64,000 nucleotides of DNA from Lepidodermella squamata (lineage: Eukaryota > Animalia > Gastrotricha): the NCBI GenBank assembly GCA_047495785.1, contig JBLDXI010000048.1:310001-374000 (forward strand). The letters are read 5' to 3'. The position numbers and the translations under genes are program-made. The notes below the pieces were generated by a model. The model made no database searches. It saw only the letters and a program-made list of their open reading frames with translations, and had not been told where the DNA came from. Below, one piece after another: positions 12,501 through 26,136 of the stretch. Position 1 is the first letter of the stretch. Every line of letters begins with the position of its first letter.

Positions 12501-14612
12501 AACAATCAGCCGAGCGTACAAAAAAATACTAATACCCATTCCAACAAAGCCGCGTCTTTGATGTTTTCTTCAGCAGCAGGGTGCATACAAAACACTCGAG
12601 GCTCACACACGTTACAACAACAGGTAGCAATAATTGGAATTATTTTTATTATTGTTCTTAGTCCAACTATCACTCTTGAGAGCGAAGTAACGACCGTAAT
12701 CGGATCGTTGTTGAGGCTGTGCTGCTATTTTTTATTACGATTATTTTTTATTTCACTTTCGCAAGCGAGCGAGCGAGACGATGGCCTTGTTCATTTTCAA
12801 ATTAAAACAACACGCGCGCACTTGAGAGGCGTTGTTGGCCTTTTTATGGCGCGCGCATTTTACGACCAGTATAGGTCGCGACATCATGATGATGAAGATG
12901 ATGATGATAAGAAAAAGTGTCAAATACGGTTGAAATGTTATAGGCAGGCAGGCAGGCAGGTTGGTATAATAATAATTTTCATTGCTGGTCTGAAAGCCGA
13001 GTGTAACGCGCGCGACACCTTTTCAACCTCGGTTTTGGTAAAAATATTATTATCGAACACGTCCGCGCGCATTATAGCCGGCCCTCGAGCCGTCGAGCGG
13101 CTTCAAGGGGCTCACGTTAATTGCGTCTGCGCGCGTCTTTTGTGCCGATCACGCACACCAGCGCACAAAAGTTGATAATTAAGACGGTGAACGCGCGAAA
13201 ACGGCGCCCGGGCCCCCTCGCACTACATACCTACGGTGTGTGACCCACAATAATAATAATACAAGTCGACGCGCATCTTATCTCAATGGCCCGTGAATCA
13301 AGAGTCTCCTCTCTACGTATCTGTTTATAGGAAATCATCGAATTTTACAGACATCGACTGCGGAAATTGGCCTTGATTCATTTCCCGCGCTCACCAGCCG
13401 CCCTGTTTATCGAAGCCATCGGCATCCGATTGTTGTTATTGTTCGGCTATTATTATCTTCAGCATCATGAGACGGCGCACTTAAAAGCGGTGGTTCCGAC
13501 GACGCCGGCGTCTTAGCTGCGGCTCATCATTCCGCGCACGGCCAGGGGCGGCGTGCCAACGTGGCTTAGCGCGGCCGGCCAATGAGCGCGCGAGGTCGCG
13601 CAGTCGCTGGCCAATCAGCGTGCGCGCACATTTGCCCGCCGTTGCTCGGCTGCTGCTGTTCATTGCGCGCGCGCTATTCAGTCTCGAGACGGCTACGAGA
13701 GGGCTCGAGATTTTCTTCAAAATCATCATTCCACTCCACTCCACTTTTATTAATAACGAGGTATCAGCTCCAATAAATTTTCGTGTCACCCTACACCTAG
13801 TATGTATCTAGAGCGCGCGCTCTCTTGCTAATCAAGCGGAATAAAACTCACTTACCTCCTTGGTGAAGAAGAGATAAGCCGCCGCTATACTCACCTAATT
13901 ATTCATTCCACATGAATAATTTTTTACGTAACTTCTATTATTGCTATCTTCAATAATTATTGATCCGAGTTTGATCGCGCTGTGATTTCTCCCATTCGGA
14001 GTTGTGCTTTCTTCCCAAAAGCAAGCGCCGTCGAGATCAAACTTGGATCAATTTTTTATACCAATATGATCTTTCAACATGGGAATGTGGAAATGAGAGA
14101 AATCATCAATTTAGAAGACCTCGTTTGATCGAAGTTTAATCTAGATATGATTCGAGATTGATCCCAGTTTGATCCTAGTCTAGAATGTTATTTTGGATTT
14201 TCCTGTTTTTCCGAATTTGCGTGATGGCAGAAAAGGAAGAAAAGGCAGAAAAGCAATGCGAATATGAGGAGTATTCTTTATTCAAATGGGAACCACAATT
14301 TTCACTCCTCTTCAATTTGAAGGGACGAAGTGGCTTTGTTATCCTCATATCAGACCTAATTTTGACCTGATTTTGATTGTCCCTGTTAGTGATCCGGAAT
14401 AAGTCTCGTTTTGATTAGCATTGATCAACTTGCGATCAAAGTGCCTCATCTAGCGGTCATATTTCCCAGATTTTCCACCTGCCGGGAGTAGATTTTATTT
14501 TCCCGATAATCCTGCTAATTTTAAAATTACGCGAATTTTCTCTGCTTTTCATGATTAATTTCTTCCATTTTTGAGTTAGACAGTTTAATCAACGGTTATC
14601 AAAACCAGCGAG

Positions 14613-17008
14613 ATGATGGACCAATTGCAAAGCAATTTCAACATATTCGGCGCTAACCAGGCGCCGTTCATCAGCGCCTCGTCCGCCCTGGCCGCGGTTT
14701 CGGCCGCCGCCTCGGCCAACGCGGCGTCGCCAGGCAGCGGCAGTTCGAGCGTGCAGGTGAAAGCGCCCAGCCAACAGCAATCAAACGTGACGAGCGGCAA
14801 TAACAACAACTTCTCGATGCGAAACATCCTGGCCGGTTTCGGCCATTCCGATTTCGTTCAGGATGTCATGTCGAAAGCGCTCTTCAACGGCTCACAAGGC
14901 AAGCAAGAAAAATTTTTGCTGGAAAATTTCGACCTCCGGTTTATCTCACCATCAAGTTTGATAAACGGCCGTTTCATTTTTAACCTTTATCGGATGAGGG
15001 AAAATTGGAAATTAATAATTCAAAATTTATGACCAAAAAAAATTTAAAATCCTTAAATGTTATGAATTAAAATTGAAATTTTCAAAATATTCAAAAGAAT
15101 TTCAAATCATTTTTTAATCCATATCAATTTTTTCTATAGATTTATCGTCATTTTACCAATCTCCGGCTGGTACCGCAAATTTCGGCTCATCCGCGGCCGC
15201 CGGGTACCAATTCGGAACCGCGACTGGTTTCGATGCGACCCCGCAGCAAACCACGCCCAGTTGCTACCTGTCCCCCGTCTCAGCATCGACAGCCACCGGA
15301 AACGGCAATAAATCATCATCGGCCTCGTCGAACGGCTCGTCACGCCTCGGTGGTTTCGGCGCCGCGTCAACGCCAACGTCAGGCTCGGACGCGTTTTCAG
15401 GACCGAACAACTTTCTAGGCCAGCATTTGGCACAGGGCCAACAGCAAGCGACCCCAGTCAGCGGTGCTTCGTCCTTAGATAACAGCACAGAGGGTGGCCA
15501 TAAAAATAAGGCGGCGAATAATAAGGACGCGGATGATGATATGCTGGACGATGATGACGAGCTGATGAGCGGCTCGGATGATGAGTCGAAGACGGGCGAG
15601 GAGGGTGACCAGAACAAACCTGGGTCTGGCGACGCGCCGAAAAAGGTGAGTCAACAATTGCTAATCCTTTAATTCCTATCCCTATGTTTGTTTTTCGATT
15701 CAATATTAAAGAGAAAGCGGCGAGTTTTGTTTACCAAGTCGCAGACGTATGAACTGGAGCGGCGGTTCCGACAACAGCGGTACCTGTCGGCGCCCGAGCG
15801 GGAGCACCTCGCGTCGATTATCAACCTGACGCCGACGCAGGTGAAGATCTGGTTTCAGAACCATCGCTACAAGTTGAAGAAGGCGCGCCAGGAGAAGGGC
15901 CTCGACTTGGCGCCGCTGCCGTCGCCGCGCAGGGTCGCCGTTCCGGTGCTGGTGCGTGACGGCAAATCGATGGGGTCAAGTATGGCGGCGGCTGCGGCGG
16001 CGGCTGGTCTTGCTCATTCGCTAGGACTACCCTCGTGCGGGCAAAAGGGACAAGATGTACGTTCGGCCTATTTTTCATTTTTTTACCAACATTGTTTTAA
16101 ATAATTTTAAAATTTTTCAAAAATTTCAAAATTCAAAAATGCGTTGAATTTCGATATGAAATTTTCAATAATTAAATACAGCGAATTTCATTTGAATTTC
16201 CCTAAATTTCCATTGATTTTAATTTTAATTTTAAATTTTTCAAATTTTGTTTAATTTCACGTTATACTATCAATTCGGAAAATTCTGAATTGTCGAGTAT
16301 TTTTTATTGCTTGCTTGATTTTTAACAACATAACCATTATAGCTTTCTACCCATTTGAGGTGCCAGTACCAGATTTGAGCCTTTTTAGCTTCAAATTTTC
16401 GTGACTTTGTGTTTTAAAAATTTTCAGTTCCCTAACTTTATGCGTCCTAGTAAAAATTAAAGAAGAACAAGAAAGTCGAAGCCCCATAAAATTTTTGAAA
16501 ATTCTAGTGCTGGAACCTGAAAATTAGGACGTGAACTTGGAACAGTCATAGTAAAGGTTCGACAAGGTTCAAATTTCCTAATCTACAACCGAAATTCGGA
16601 TTTTGAGAATTTTTGAATAATTAGGTCATTTGAATATTCAAATTTTATGTCGTCTTCCTTAATTATTTTTCAAAATTATTTTTAATTATTTTTTTTAATA
16701 TTTTCTAGGATTTCTCGGCTGCTCTTAACCCGTTTGCCGGCAATCCGTTCGCGTCGTCCGGCTTCGGCTCGCACTTCTCCGTCGGCGCATCGGCGTACCA
16801 AGCAGCGGCGGCCGGCTACGGCGCCGCGCTCTCGTCGACGCCCAACGCCTCGGCCGCGCAGCAGTACGCGAACGCGGCCGCCAACGCGTGCATGGCCGGC
16901 TCGCTCTACGGCAACGCGCCCTCGTCCGCCGCCATGGCTACGGCGGCGCACTTGCTGAAAACGCAACAAGCCCTCGCTGCTTCGGCGCAAACGCGGCCGT
17001 GGTGGTAG
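14613..17008 (+). CDS. nkx2.2: NK2.2/vnd homeobox transcription factor; 4 exons (14613-14898, 15140-15645, 15712-16056, 16709-17008)
   Basis: eh1/TN motif FSMRNIL. Homeodomain [36 protein letters not shown]...WFQNHRYK has the NK2 Tyr54. NK2-specific domain [15 protein letters not shown]; C-terminal RPWW. Confidence 0.93.
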
Positions 17009-18409
17009 TGTACCAATTATTACGTAATATAACAAAATAATCTCAATTAATCGTAGGCTATAAATATAATTATTGAATAATTTCACAAATTCGCTTAAAA
17101 AAATCGATTTTTCAAGGGAAATATTCCAATCATCTCTCAAATAATTTCCCTTGAAAAATTGAAATCATAGAGTGAGAATTCGAAAAAATTGAAAAATTTA
17201 AATTTCAAATTTTTTAAGGAATTTTTCCAAAATTTCAATTGTAGGCTCTTCTCACTCTGCGAACAAAGATATTGAATTCATCACCTTAAATTATTGAAAA
17301 GTCTTTTCTTTGTAAATAATTTTCCGACGGATGTGGGAAATTCGCTTTGAATTAGCGCATTTCTATGGCAATTTTACGTGAGAAAATTATTACTCCATAA
17401 TTCGATGAGGGTAATTTTTTCGCTTTTCTCTGATCTGGCCGATAATTTGTAATCAAAATGAAAATCTCGATTAATCGCCTTTTACAACCGCACTGCAATC
17501 AACGCCTTGAAATCTCCTTCTCTCGAATTTTTATTCTCGATAAATATTAGAAATAGTTGTATGTTTTTTTTTTCTAGAAAAATAGCTGGTATTATAACAG
17601 CACGCTGTGTTTTGTTTGATGCGGTATTATAGCAACTTCTATTTAAATCATACGGTATTATGAATGTGTTATAATATAATAACGATGAATCATCCTTTTA
17701 CAACGCGTGTGAATGTCTTTTTATTGGCCGAATAATGTTGTGACTTGAGATCGCATCTCCATCTTAATTTTCTGCGTGCTTATTACTAAACAAATTATTG
17801 TTTCGACCGTCAACTTTGTTATAACGTTATTATTATTATTATTAATTATTATTATATCTGCAACAATTTTTTGTCTTCAATTTTTTCGGAAAAAATCTCA
17901 CAGTGACATTGCGTATATAACAATGAAACGATACTGCAAAGTAATAAAATGTCAAAAAATCAGCGATTTTTTAATTGAAGTCTTTTTTTTGCGTTGTTAA
18001 TAATGACGGGTATTAATTATGCGAAAAATTCGCATATTTTTATCGGTTTTATTTGACGAGATAGCATGGTGTCAAGTTTTGTCACACAGACGTCATCAGA
18101 TCGCAATATTGACTTCAAAAAATTGGTTGAAATTGGCCATTTTGCTTTTCGATTGGTTAAATTTCTCACTCGTTGCTGACATTGGCATGGCGATGAGCAG
18201 CTGATTGAAAACACCGCGGTATCGGTGCCTTGAACCGCGAAGCTCACCGGCAGTGACGACGTTAGCATAGTCACGAGGCGCAGCTGATATGCGAACATTC
18301 TATCGATATCAACAATAACAGTCGGCTTCAGGTGCCAATATGCCGTTTTTCTGTCATTAGCGATAATTTTCTCACTCTACTGAAGTTTACATACTGTTGA
18401 GAAGTCACC

Positions 18410-18962
18410 ATGTTCGCAAAACTCGGTCTCGTCTTCATGGCTGCTGCAGCTGCTGTTGCAGTTGTCTTATCGGATGGTACCTATTAAGCTTTCGTCTTTA
18501 CCAATAATTAAAGCTGATTCGTTCCCTCTATCTCAAGGTGTAACGAAGTCCACTACGACGAAGTTTGGCCATAAAAAGGGCAACCTGACTGCATGGGGTA
18601 ATAAAAATGATTATTTATGATCATATGATCATATCCTACTATTTTAAATGTGATTTGTTCTCTCTTGCTCAGATATGTGGAAATCTACGGCCCAACCACT
18701 CCACAAACACAAATGTCCATGGGATAAACCCAAGGTTTTAGCTCTTCACCGTTTCCATAAAGTATTATCGTTTTTGGATTGTATCGGTAATTGCTATAAA
18801 TGGGCCTACACCAAGTGCGCAATCGTCCACGGCATAAAAAGTCCCATGGTCCCATATTGCGTGTTGTTGTTTTCATGCGACCGTACTTATTTTAGTAGTG
18901 GCAAAAAATGTGTATGCTTTCAGCATGCGACGTATGTCACATCTACGCCACATGACCCTTAA
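18410..18962 (+). CDS. Secreted 8-cysteine peptide, copy 1; 3 exons (18410-18476, 18538-18597, 18673-18962)
   Basis: Signal peptide MFAKLGLVFMAAAAAVAVVLS, two phase-1 introns, and a Cys pattern shared with copies 2 and 3. Confidence 0.8.
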
Positions 18963-19955
18963 ACAGCGCGTGGTTTCCTCGCCTCTGAATGCTCCGAAGA
19001 AGATACGTTGAGAGAAATGCCAACTCTCTACGTCAGCGCGAGTGATTAATAGTCATGAATAAAAAAACGGAATGGCAATTTTTACATAGTTTTTACGCGA
19101 AGGTTGCTATTCTAAGATGAACGACTTGCTCAATTTTCATTCAATCAGTCTAGTTTGTGTGTGCCGCCGATAGCTGACCATCAGGCCTTCAGGACTTCCC
19201 CCAAAAAATCACGATTGCATGCCCAATGGGAGAGTCGCAAAATACAAGCTTTATGTGAATTATTTCCCATGAAATAATACTGAAGAATTCTGATCACTAA
19301 ATAGGCCAAAATTTGCTGCATCTGTAAAATTTCATGTTATCATAATCGTCAAATTTCGAAATTCCACACCCTTTTGAATAACTCTAGAAACATCCCGAAA
19401 AACTGTTTACGAATAGCAATTTTCATACATGGTTTTATGTATGAATGTACGAATACCTTGACCCTGAAAAAAGTTGCCTTGTTCAATGTTCAATGTCTTG
19501 CCAACTTGATGTTTACTTTTAGGAGTAAACTCGGAAATTGAGGGAAGAGCGTCCAATTATCATCAATTTCACATCCCAAACCACTTCAACGATTGTATTC
19601 CTATTCAAAATGTATATCGAGTATAGGATGAGTAGTGAATGATGAAATTAATTGATAGCTGAGCGAAGCGACGAGCGAACGTTTAGTAAAACCAACAACA
19701 AATATGCTTATCCGACTGATTGGAAAGGATAGTTTTGCCAAGCTTATCGAACAATTAAAGAAACAAAAATATTCCCAAAATTGTTAATAAAATTGAAATT
19801 TTCACCATTAACTGGCGGCCTCTTGGCACGTGCTCACTATGCGCCTATACGTTAATACGGAGGTACGAGGTACCTACGAATGAAATCGGAAAAACAGAAT
19901 AGGTATTGGGAAAATTGGAGCGACAGGGGTAAATAATAAGGTTGGCATATCGAGA

Positions 19956-21950
19956 TTTTATTTGTACAACCATCCGCCTCTCGGCGCTCTAGGCGCGATA
20001 ACTTATGCCACGTAGATTAGGTTAAAGTAGTCGATAAAATATTCATGTGGAAGTTTTTAGAAAAATCTGAAGAATTTACAAAACGGAGTTTATAAAACAT
20101 ATTAAAAACGAGCGTGTGTAGTTAATTGGTGTCAAATGTTATCCAGTTCCTGGGGTCGATTTGGAGGTTGTAAGCGGGCTTCGGTTGATTTCGAATATGC
20201 CACGCTGGGCGCGCAGCGTTTTTCAATTTCATGTGCTGTATCGGTAGACGGTGTCAGGGTCGATATGTGGTCTAGATACTTGGCAGTTACGAGTGAGCTA
20301 GCGAGACAGCGTTCGCCGTATCTCTTTAGGGCTTCATCAAACTTGAGGTCGATGCCGGGGACTCCGGCAAATGCTATGACGTCGATAGGGTGAGTTTCGT
20401 GAGGAAGGCTCAAAAGGGCTCTCAGGCAGTAGGCTTGCAGGTCCACCAGGCGGCTCAAGGATGAAGGGCTCAGGCAGGACCAGGCAGGCGCACCGTAAAG
20501 TAGGATCGGCTCCAAAAGAGTCTGGTAAAACAAAACACAAACCCTTTTGGGTAACAACTTAGTTTTTAAAATCCCATACAGAGACCCGACGCGTTGTCGG
20601 ATCTTTGACGCGATTACGTCGATGTGATGCGACCAGGACAATTGTGGGGTCAGATGCAGGCCCAGATACCGCACCTGGTTGACTTGAGGGATAGCTTGGC
20701 CATACAGCTCGAGATGGATTGAGGGAGGTGTATTTCCGTAGTGGCCGAAGATGATAGCCTCGCATTTTTGCGGGTTCAGCATTAGCCGCCATCGTTTACA
20801 CCACCTTTCGGTGGCACTGAGCCTTTTTTGCAGGCGCTTGACACAGACATTGTAGTTGTCGCCATATGCCCAGTTGATGGCGTCGTCGGCGTAAGTGCCT
20901 TTGGCGACACGACGTGCTCCGTCATCGGGGTTACAGCTTTTGGGCTGCATGTCGTTGGCATAAAAAATGAAAAGAAGCGGTGACAAGGGCGAGCCTTGCG
21001 GCACGCCGCAATAGATGTTCCTCGTTGCAGATAGCTCGCTTCCCACTCGGACTTGAAATGATCGGCCCCGCAGGAAGTCAGAGACCCACCTTACTATTGG
21101 CACCGGTACCCCCGACTGCTCTAGCTTGAGACGCAGCCCGTCGTGCCAAATACAATCGAAAGCTGCTTTAAAATCCAGTAAAAGAGCAACAAGTTTCTTA
21201 CGTTTCGCTATCGAGAGGCCTACATCGCTGATAAATAAAAATAAGGGGTCGTTGGTAGAATGTAGTGGCTGAAAGCCGAATTGGTGTCGTGGTAGTAAAT
21301 TGTTCAGGATTAAAAATCGATATAAAAACTTGGCAACAACAATTTCGAGACCTTTTGCAATCGCTGGCAGAAGAGAAACCGGTCTGTAGGAGTCCGGCAA
21401 CCTCGAGTCCTTACCCTCTTTGAGAATTGGGATGATGATCGCGACTTTCCACTTTTTCGGTACATAGCCGCAGTTTAAGCTGAGCTGGTACAGATACCTC
21501 AGATGTTTTGCCAAATTCTTACCTCCATGTTTCAGTAGGACGTTAGACACGTTGTCGCGGCCCGGAGCCTTCCATTTGAGCGATTTCATCATCTGCCTTA
21601 CCGCCCATTTCGGGACCCTTACCTGGACCCGCTTGGGTATGACACCTAGGGGCTTCATTGCTTCGCTTTTTGACATGTCGTCGGTAGTTTGGTCCCAAAA
21701 TCGCTGGTCTTCTGTCAAATTTGAGGTTATCGGCGGACCTTTCAGAACATTACCAAATGTTTCGGCAAGTAGCTCGCATTTGGCAGCATCGTCGGTGACT
21801 CCTAAGCCTTTCGAGTTGGTTAGGATAGCAATTTTACGGTTTCGGCGTCGTCCTATGAGACGGCCGTTTACGGCTTGCCACGCTTGCCTTGTCTGATGCT
21901 GTTTGAATAGTCTAGCTAGCCTTTGAAGAAATTTTTCACAAGCACGAAGT
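19956..21950 (-). mobile_element. 5'-truncated non-LTR retrotransposon (LINE, Jockey/I-like RT); RT ORF 20132-21718, with the open frame continuing to about 21950
   Basis: KAPGRD, YRPVSLL, QFGFQ, LDFKAAFD, GVPQGSPLSPLLF, YADD, LNPQKC, YLGL. No endonuclease domain. AATAAA at the 3' end. Boundaries are approximate. Confidence 0.9.
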
Positions 21951-22746
21951 TTTTATAATAAGGTTTTAAATTTAAATAATAATAATGAAGTTTAAATAAT
22001 AAGGTTTTATGGTTTAGATTTTGTGGGAATTCGAATTTTTTATAGTAACATTGCAGGCAAAATCAAGCGTCTCTCCCGATTTTCTTAAAGTTCAAACTAA
22101 GGCCCGGGATCTTTAAGGTTTCCTGGGCTTTTAAACCTTTTCATGGGGGTTTTTTAATTCTGGAAATTTTTCAATCCTGAAAGGAATACCTAATGGGTAG
22201 CCTTGGAAGAATTCTTTTTTCCCCCGATTTTATGTCCCCTCGATTTTATGTCCCCTCCCGCCAATGCCGACTCTACCTAGTGGCTAACTTTAGTTTCCTC
22301 GGAATTTCAGGAAGCTCAGGCGTAGAAGTGGATGGCAGATTATTCGATGCAAACACCAGAGGTTTTCGGGCAATGTCTCCTACACAGCTACAAATGTTCA
22401 CTTCAAGATGAGCTTCAGAAGTAGTCAGAAGTGGGCGACCCGAAAATTCGGGGTGGATAAGAAAACACACGCCATTGGTTTCAAAGGTTCCGCCATTCTA
22501 ACGTAAATAAATAAATCTATGCTACCAAGTTTCTCGAGGACACTTTTTCTGAAGCCGCAAACGTGTACGGGACCATACCAAATTCGATGAAGGGTAGCAC
22601 GTAAGTTTTATGCGCATTTTCGAGTTGCTGTAGAGATGCGTAAGGCCGTAGTAGCGGAAGTGGGGTGCTCGCTTGCCCCACTTTCTTTCGTTGATTGTTC
22701 GTTTATTTGATTGCTTTTCTTCTTAATTTTTCTTCTTGATAGAAAT

Positions 22747-23120
22747 TAAATTTCTCACTGGTTCCTGACATTGGCATGGCGATGAGCAGCTGATTGAAAA
22801 CACCGCGGTATAGGTGCCTTGAACCGCGAAGCATACCGGCGCAGTGACGTCAGCTTCAGGTCACGAGGCGCAGCTGATATGAACATTCTATCGATATCAG
22901 CAATAACAGTCAGCTTCAGGTGCCAATATGCCGTTTTTCTGTCATTAGCGATAATTTTCTCACTCTACTGAAGTTTACATACTGTTAAAAAGTCACCATG
23001 TTCGCAAAACTCGGTCTCGTCTTCATGGCTGCAGCTATCGCTGTTGTATTGTCGGATGGTACTAGGCTTTCGTCTTTTCCATTATAATTAAAACTGATTT
23101 GTTCTCTCTTACTCAAGGTC
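22747..23120 (+). repeat. Segmental duplicate of about 18158-18540 (promoter plus first exon of the peptide genes); about 23650-23850 is also duplicated at about 24588-24790
   Basis: Long near-identical stretches are visible directly, for example gacattggcatggcgatgagcagctgattgaaaacaccgcggtat. Confidence 0.8.
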
Positions 23121-23493
23121 TGCCAAAGTCCGCCACGACGAAGTCTAGCCTTAATAGCAACCAGACTGCAATTGGTTAATAATTAATATATTTATAATCA
23201 TCGCATAATATAATAATTTACATTTTGTCTCTCTTCATTAAGGTCTGTCGACTTCCACCGCCCTCCCACATAACGCACGCGATTGCCCTTGGGACTCGGA
23301 CTTGGAAAAGAAGCGGATAAAAGGTTACAAAGAACCGAAAACGGTTGCGGATTGTTTGACCAACTGCAACACATCGATATACCAGAAATGCTCCTCGTTG
23401 GGGCAAGGCACTGCCTTGTTCAAGTTCTGTGTTAAAGTTTTACTTGGATGCGGCCGTATGTATTTTATATCTGGCAAATGTTTATGTGCTTGA
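22998..23493 (+). CDS. Secreted 8-cysteine peptide, copy 2; 3 exons (22998-23058, 23118-23174, 23243-23493)
   Basis: Near-identical signal exon and upstream region to copy 1. CPW...DCLTNC...YQKC...FC...C...GKCLC. Confidence 0.8.
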
Positions 23494-23870
23494 GTTAACC
23501 TAAAACCCTGTGGCTTCCTCACCTCTGAAGATGATACATGAGAGAGAAATGCGAACTCTACGTCAGCGCGAGTGATAAATGGGAGTCATGAATAAACAGA
23601 GAGTTGGCTTGTTCGAAGTCTTGTCAATATGAGTCGCGAATCGATGGCGATGAAATCAAGCTGATCTCAATCATATTTTATTGGGAATAAGAGTTCAGAA
23701 GATGACGGGGAATTTAGGTAGAGTAACGGGGAATCATGATAATTGTTAAATACCGTGAAATAAATAGTACCTATGAGTGTAGGGGGCATATAGACTAATA
23801 CGTTTCGCTCTATAACAATAGCTAACGAGCCCGGATACGTCATTGGCTAACATTTAAAAACCACCTCAAA

Positions 23871-24421
23871 ATGCTCGCGAAATTCGGTCTCGTCTTCATG
23901 GCTGCAGCTATCGCTGTTGTCTTGTCGGATGGTATTAAGTTTGGTTTTTTTTCTATAAATTAAAACTGATTTGTTCTCTCTTACTCAAGGTCTGTCAAAG
24001 TCCACCACGGAGAAGCCTTTTGACATTTTTGTGGTCAATTATGACATTTATAAGGAGACTACAAAACGTTAATAATTACTATTTATATGATTATCATCGT
24101 ATAATAATTTACATTGATTTGTTCTCTCTTCCTCAAGGTCTGTCATCGGGGTCCACCACCGTCTCGCCCTTGATGCCTCTCTATCCTTGTCCGTTTGGCG
24201 AAGGCAAGAACACAACTTCTCATCAAGGTGACAAAGTTGTAATACAAACGGATGCAGATTGTGCCTCCAAATGCTTTGACTGGAAATACAAGGAATGCGA
24301 ACATGGCTATTCCCTGCAATTACGTTCCCGACCGTTAATTGGCGGGTTCATGAAATTTTGTGTTTTGATTTATGCGCAGTGCAGCTCTTATTCTAAATTT
24401 GGCAAATGTGTATGTTGGTAG
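23871..24421 (+). CDS. Secreted 8-cysteine peptide, copy 3; 3 exons (23871-23931, 23990-24067, 24138-24421)
   Basis: Signal exon MLAKFGLVFMAAAIAVVLS. CPF...DCASKC...YKEC...FC...C...GKCVC. Confidence 0.8.
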
Positions 24422-26136
24422 TAAGCCTTCTAGCCTCTTGAGGCTTGAGGCTCTGAAGATGATGCATGAGTGAGAAGTGCGAACTCTACGTCAGCGCGAG
24501 TGATAAAGAGTCATGAGTAAACACTAAGTTGGCTTGTAGAATATGTGTCGCTGCGCGCGAATCGATGACGCATGGTCGGGACGATGGAATCAAGCTGATC
24601 TCAATCATATTTTATTGGGAATAAGAGTTCAGAAGATGATGGGGAATTTAGGTAGAGTAACGGGGAATCATGATAATTGTTAAATACCGTGAAATAAATA
24701 GTACCTATGAGTGTAGGAGGCATATAGACTAACACTACGTTTCGCTCTATAACAATAGCTAACGAGCCCGGATACGTTATTGGCTAACAGTTACGCTTCA
24801 CGAGGGTCATATGAAATCGCAAAAATCAGGATGGCTATTGGAGATCAACTGGGTAAAGGATAGGAAATAAATCGAATTAAGGTGTTATCAAGTAGGCGTG
24901 AATACACGGGGGAAATACTATTAAACAGGTTCGAAAATGAGAGGCGGACTTAAATGACCGAATCTTCAATGTCAAGCAAGTGCTAATCATACGGGCGATG
25001 AATGATTGCTGTAAGGGTCATCTTGGCCTTGGCAGGTGAACAATTTGAATAATTGAATTTGTTCGCATGAAAATATCCTTTTCTGTTTTCATAATAAACA
25101 TATGATACTTTAGTATGAAAACAAAGACAGTGGGAACCAAAATAAATTGATAAAACCCCTACAAATTCTTTTTTTTTAAACAGAAGGACAATAGGCTGAA
25201 TTCTGATTAGGTTTGAAAAATAGGGCATCTTCTAAAACATCAGGTGCAGAATTGGGTAATTTTGTAATATAATTAGGCCTAAAACTTTTGAAATTAAAGA
25301 ATAAAAGTGTCCTGATAAGCCTGTCCTTAATTCTCATCACATAATTATCGAGGGAAAATCAGGAAAAATTCATGAGGTCGCTGTATCAGAAAATCATAAT
25401 TGTCCAAAAATTAGGTCACAGTCCGAAAATTCCGGAATTTCTAGGAAATTCAGAAATCTTTGGATTTAGGGATTTTTGCGCGAATCTTAATTGTCGAAGG
25501 CGTAAGAGCAAAATTAACCTCCAGCCAAATTTGGTAAAAAGTACCGATAATCGATAATTACCAAAGCATTTACGATCAGGTTAATTCGGGAAATTTCCAT
25601 CTTTTTCGGTGAAATCGCGGATCGTTGTAAAATTTCGTATCATTTGCGCCACTTTTTGAAAATTCTCATATTTTTGTCGAAATCGGCGATAAAGTAGAGC
25701 AGGCTATATCTGGCACTTAATCAACAGACAAGATGACCTTTGTAATTGAATTCTTAGATCATTTTTTGTTGGCAATTTTCAGATTAAATTATCAAAAGTG
25801 AGCATTTGGAGCATAACGCCAAGTGACAGTCAACAACAAGATCGAAATATTGCTTAATTTAAATATGCCCTCAGGCGTAAAAGCGTCCCGATATCGTCTG
25901 CGACGCACCATGCGCCCGATAATAATTGACAGGCATCACTCTATAAAAGAGCGGGGTCAATCACACACGAACACGGGGCCTCTAATTGACGTGTTAACCG
26001 GCTGATTTTGCAATTTTGACATAACAGTAACACGCCTTTGCGAAACCTGTCACCGCAGCGAGACAAGACGGTGAGAAATTTGCGAATTTACTCATTATCA
26101 CAATTTGTGTTACTAAACACTCAATCGACATTATTT

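Noticed and set aside
12558-13175. 205-aa ORF and other short ORFs in 9.6-13.8 kb
   Set aside because: No recognisable domain, low-complexity translation and non-ATG starts. Better explained as GC-rich regulatory DNA.
22490-22630. Possible second LINE 3' remnant (minus strand HKTYVLPFIEF near a taaa repeat)
   Set aside because: Too short and degenerate to support a call.
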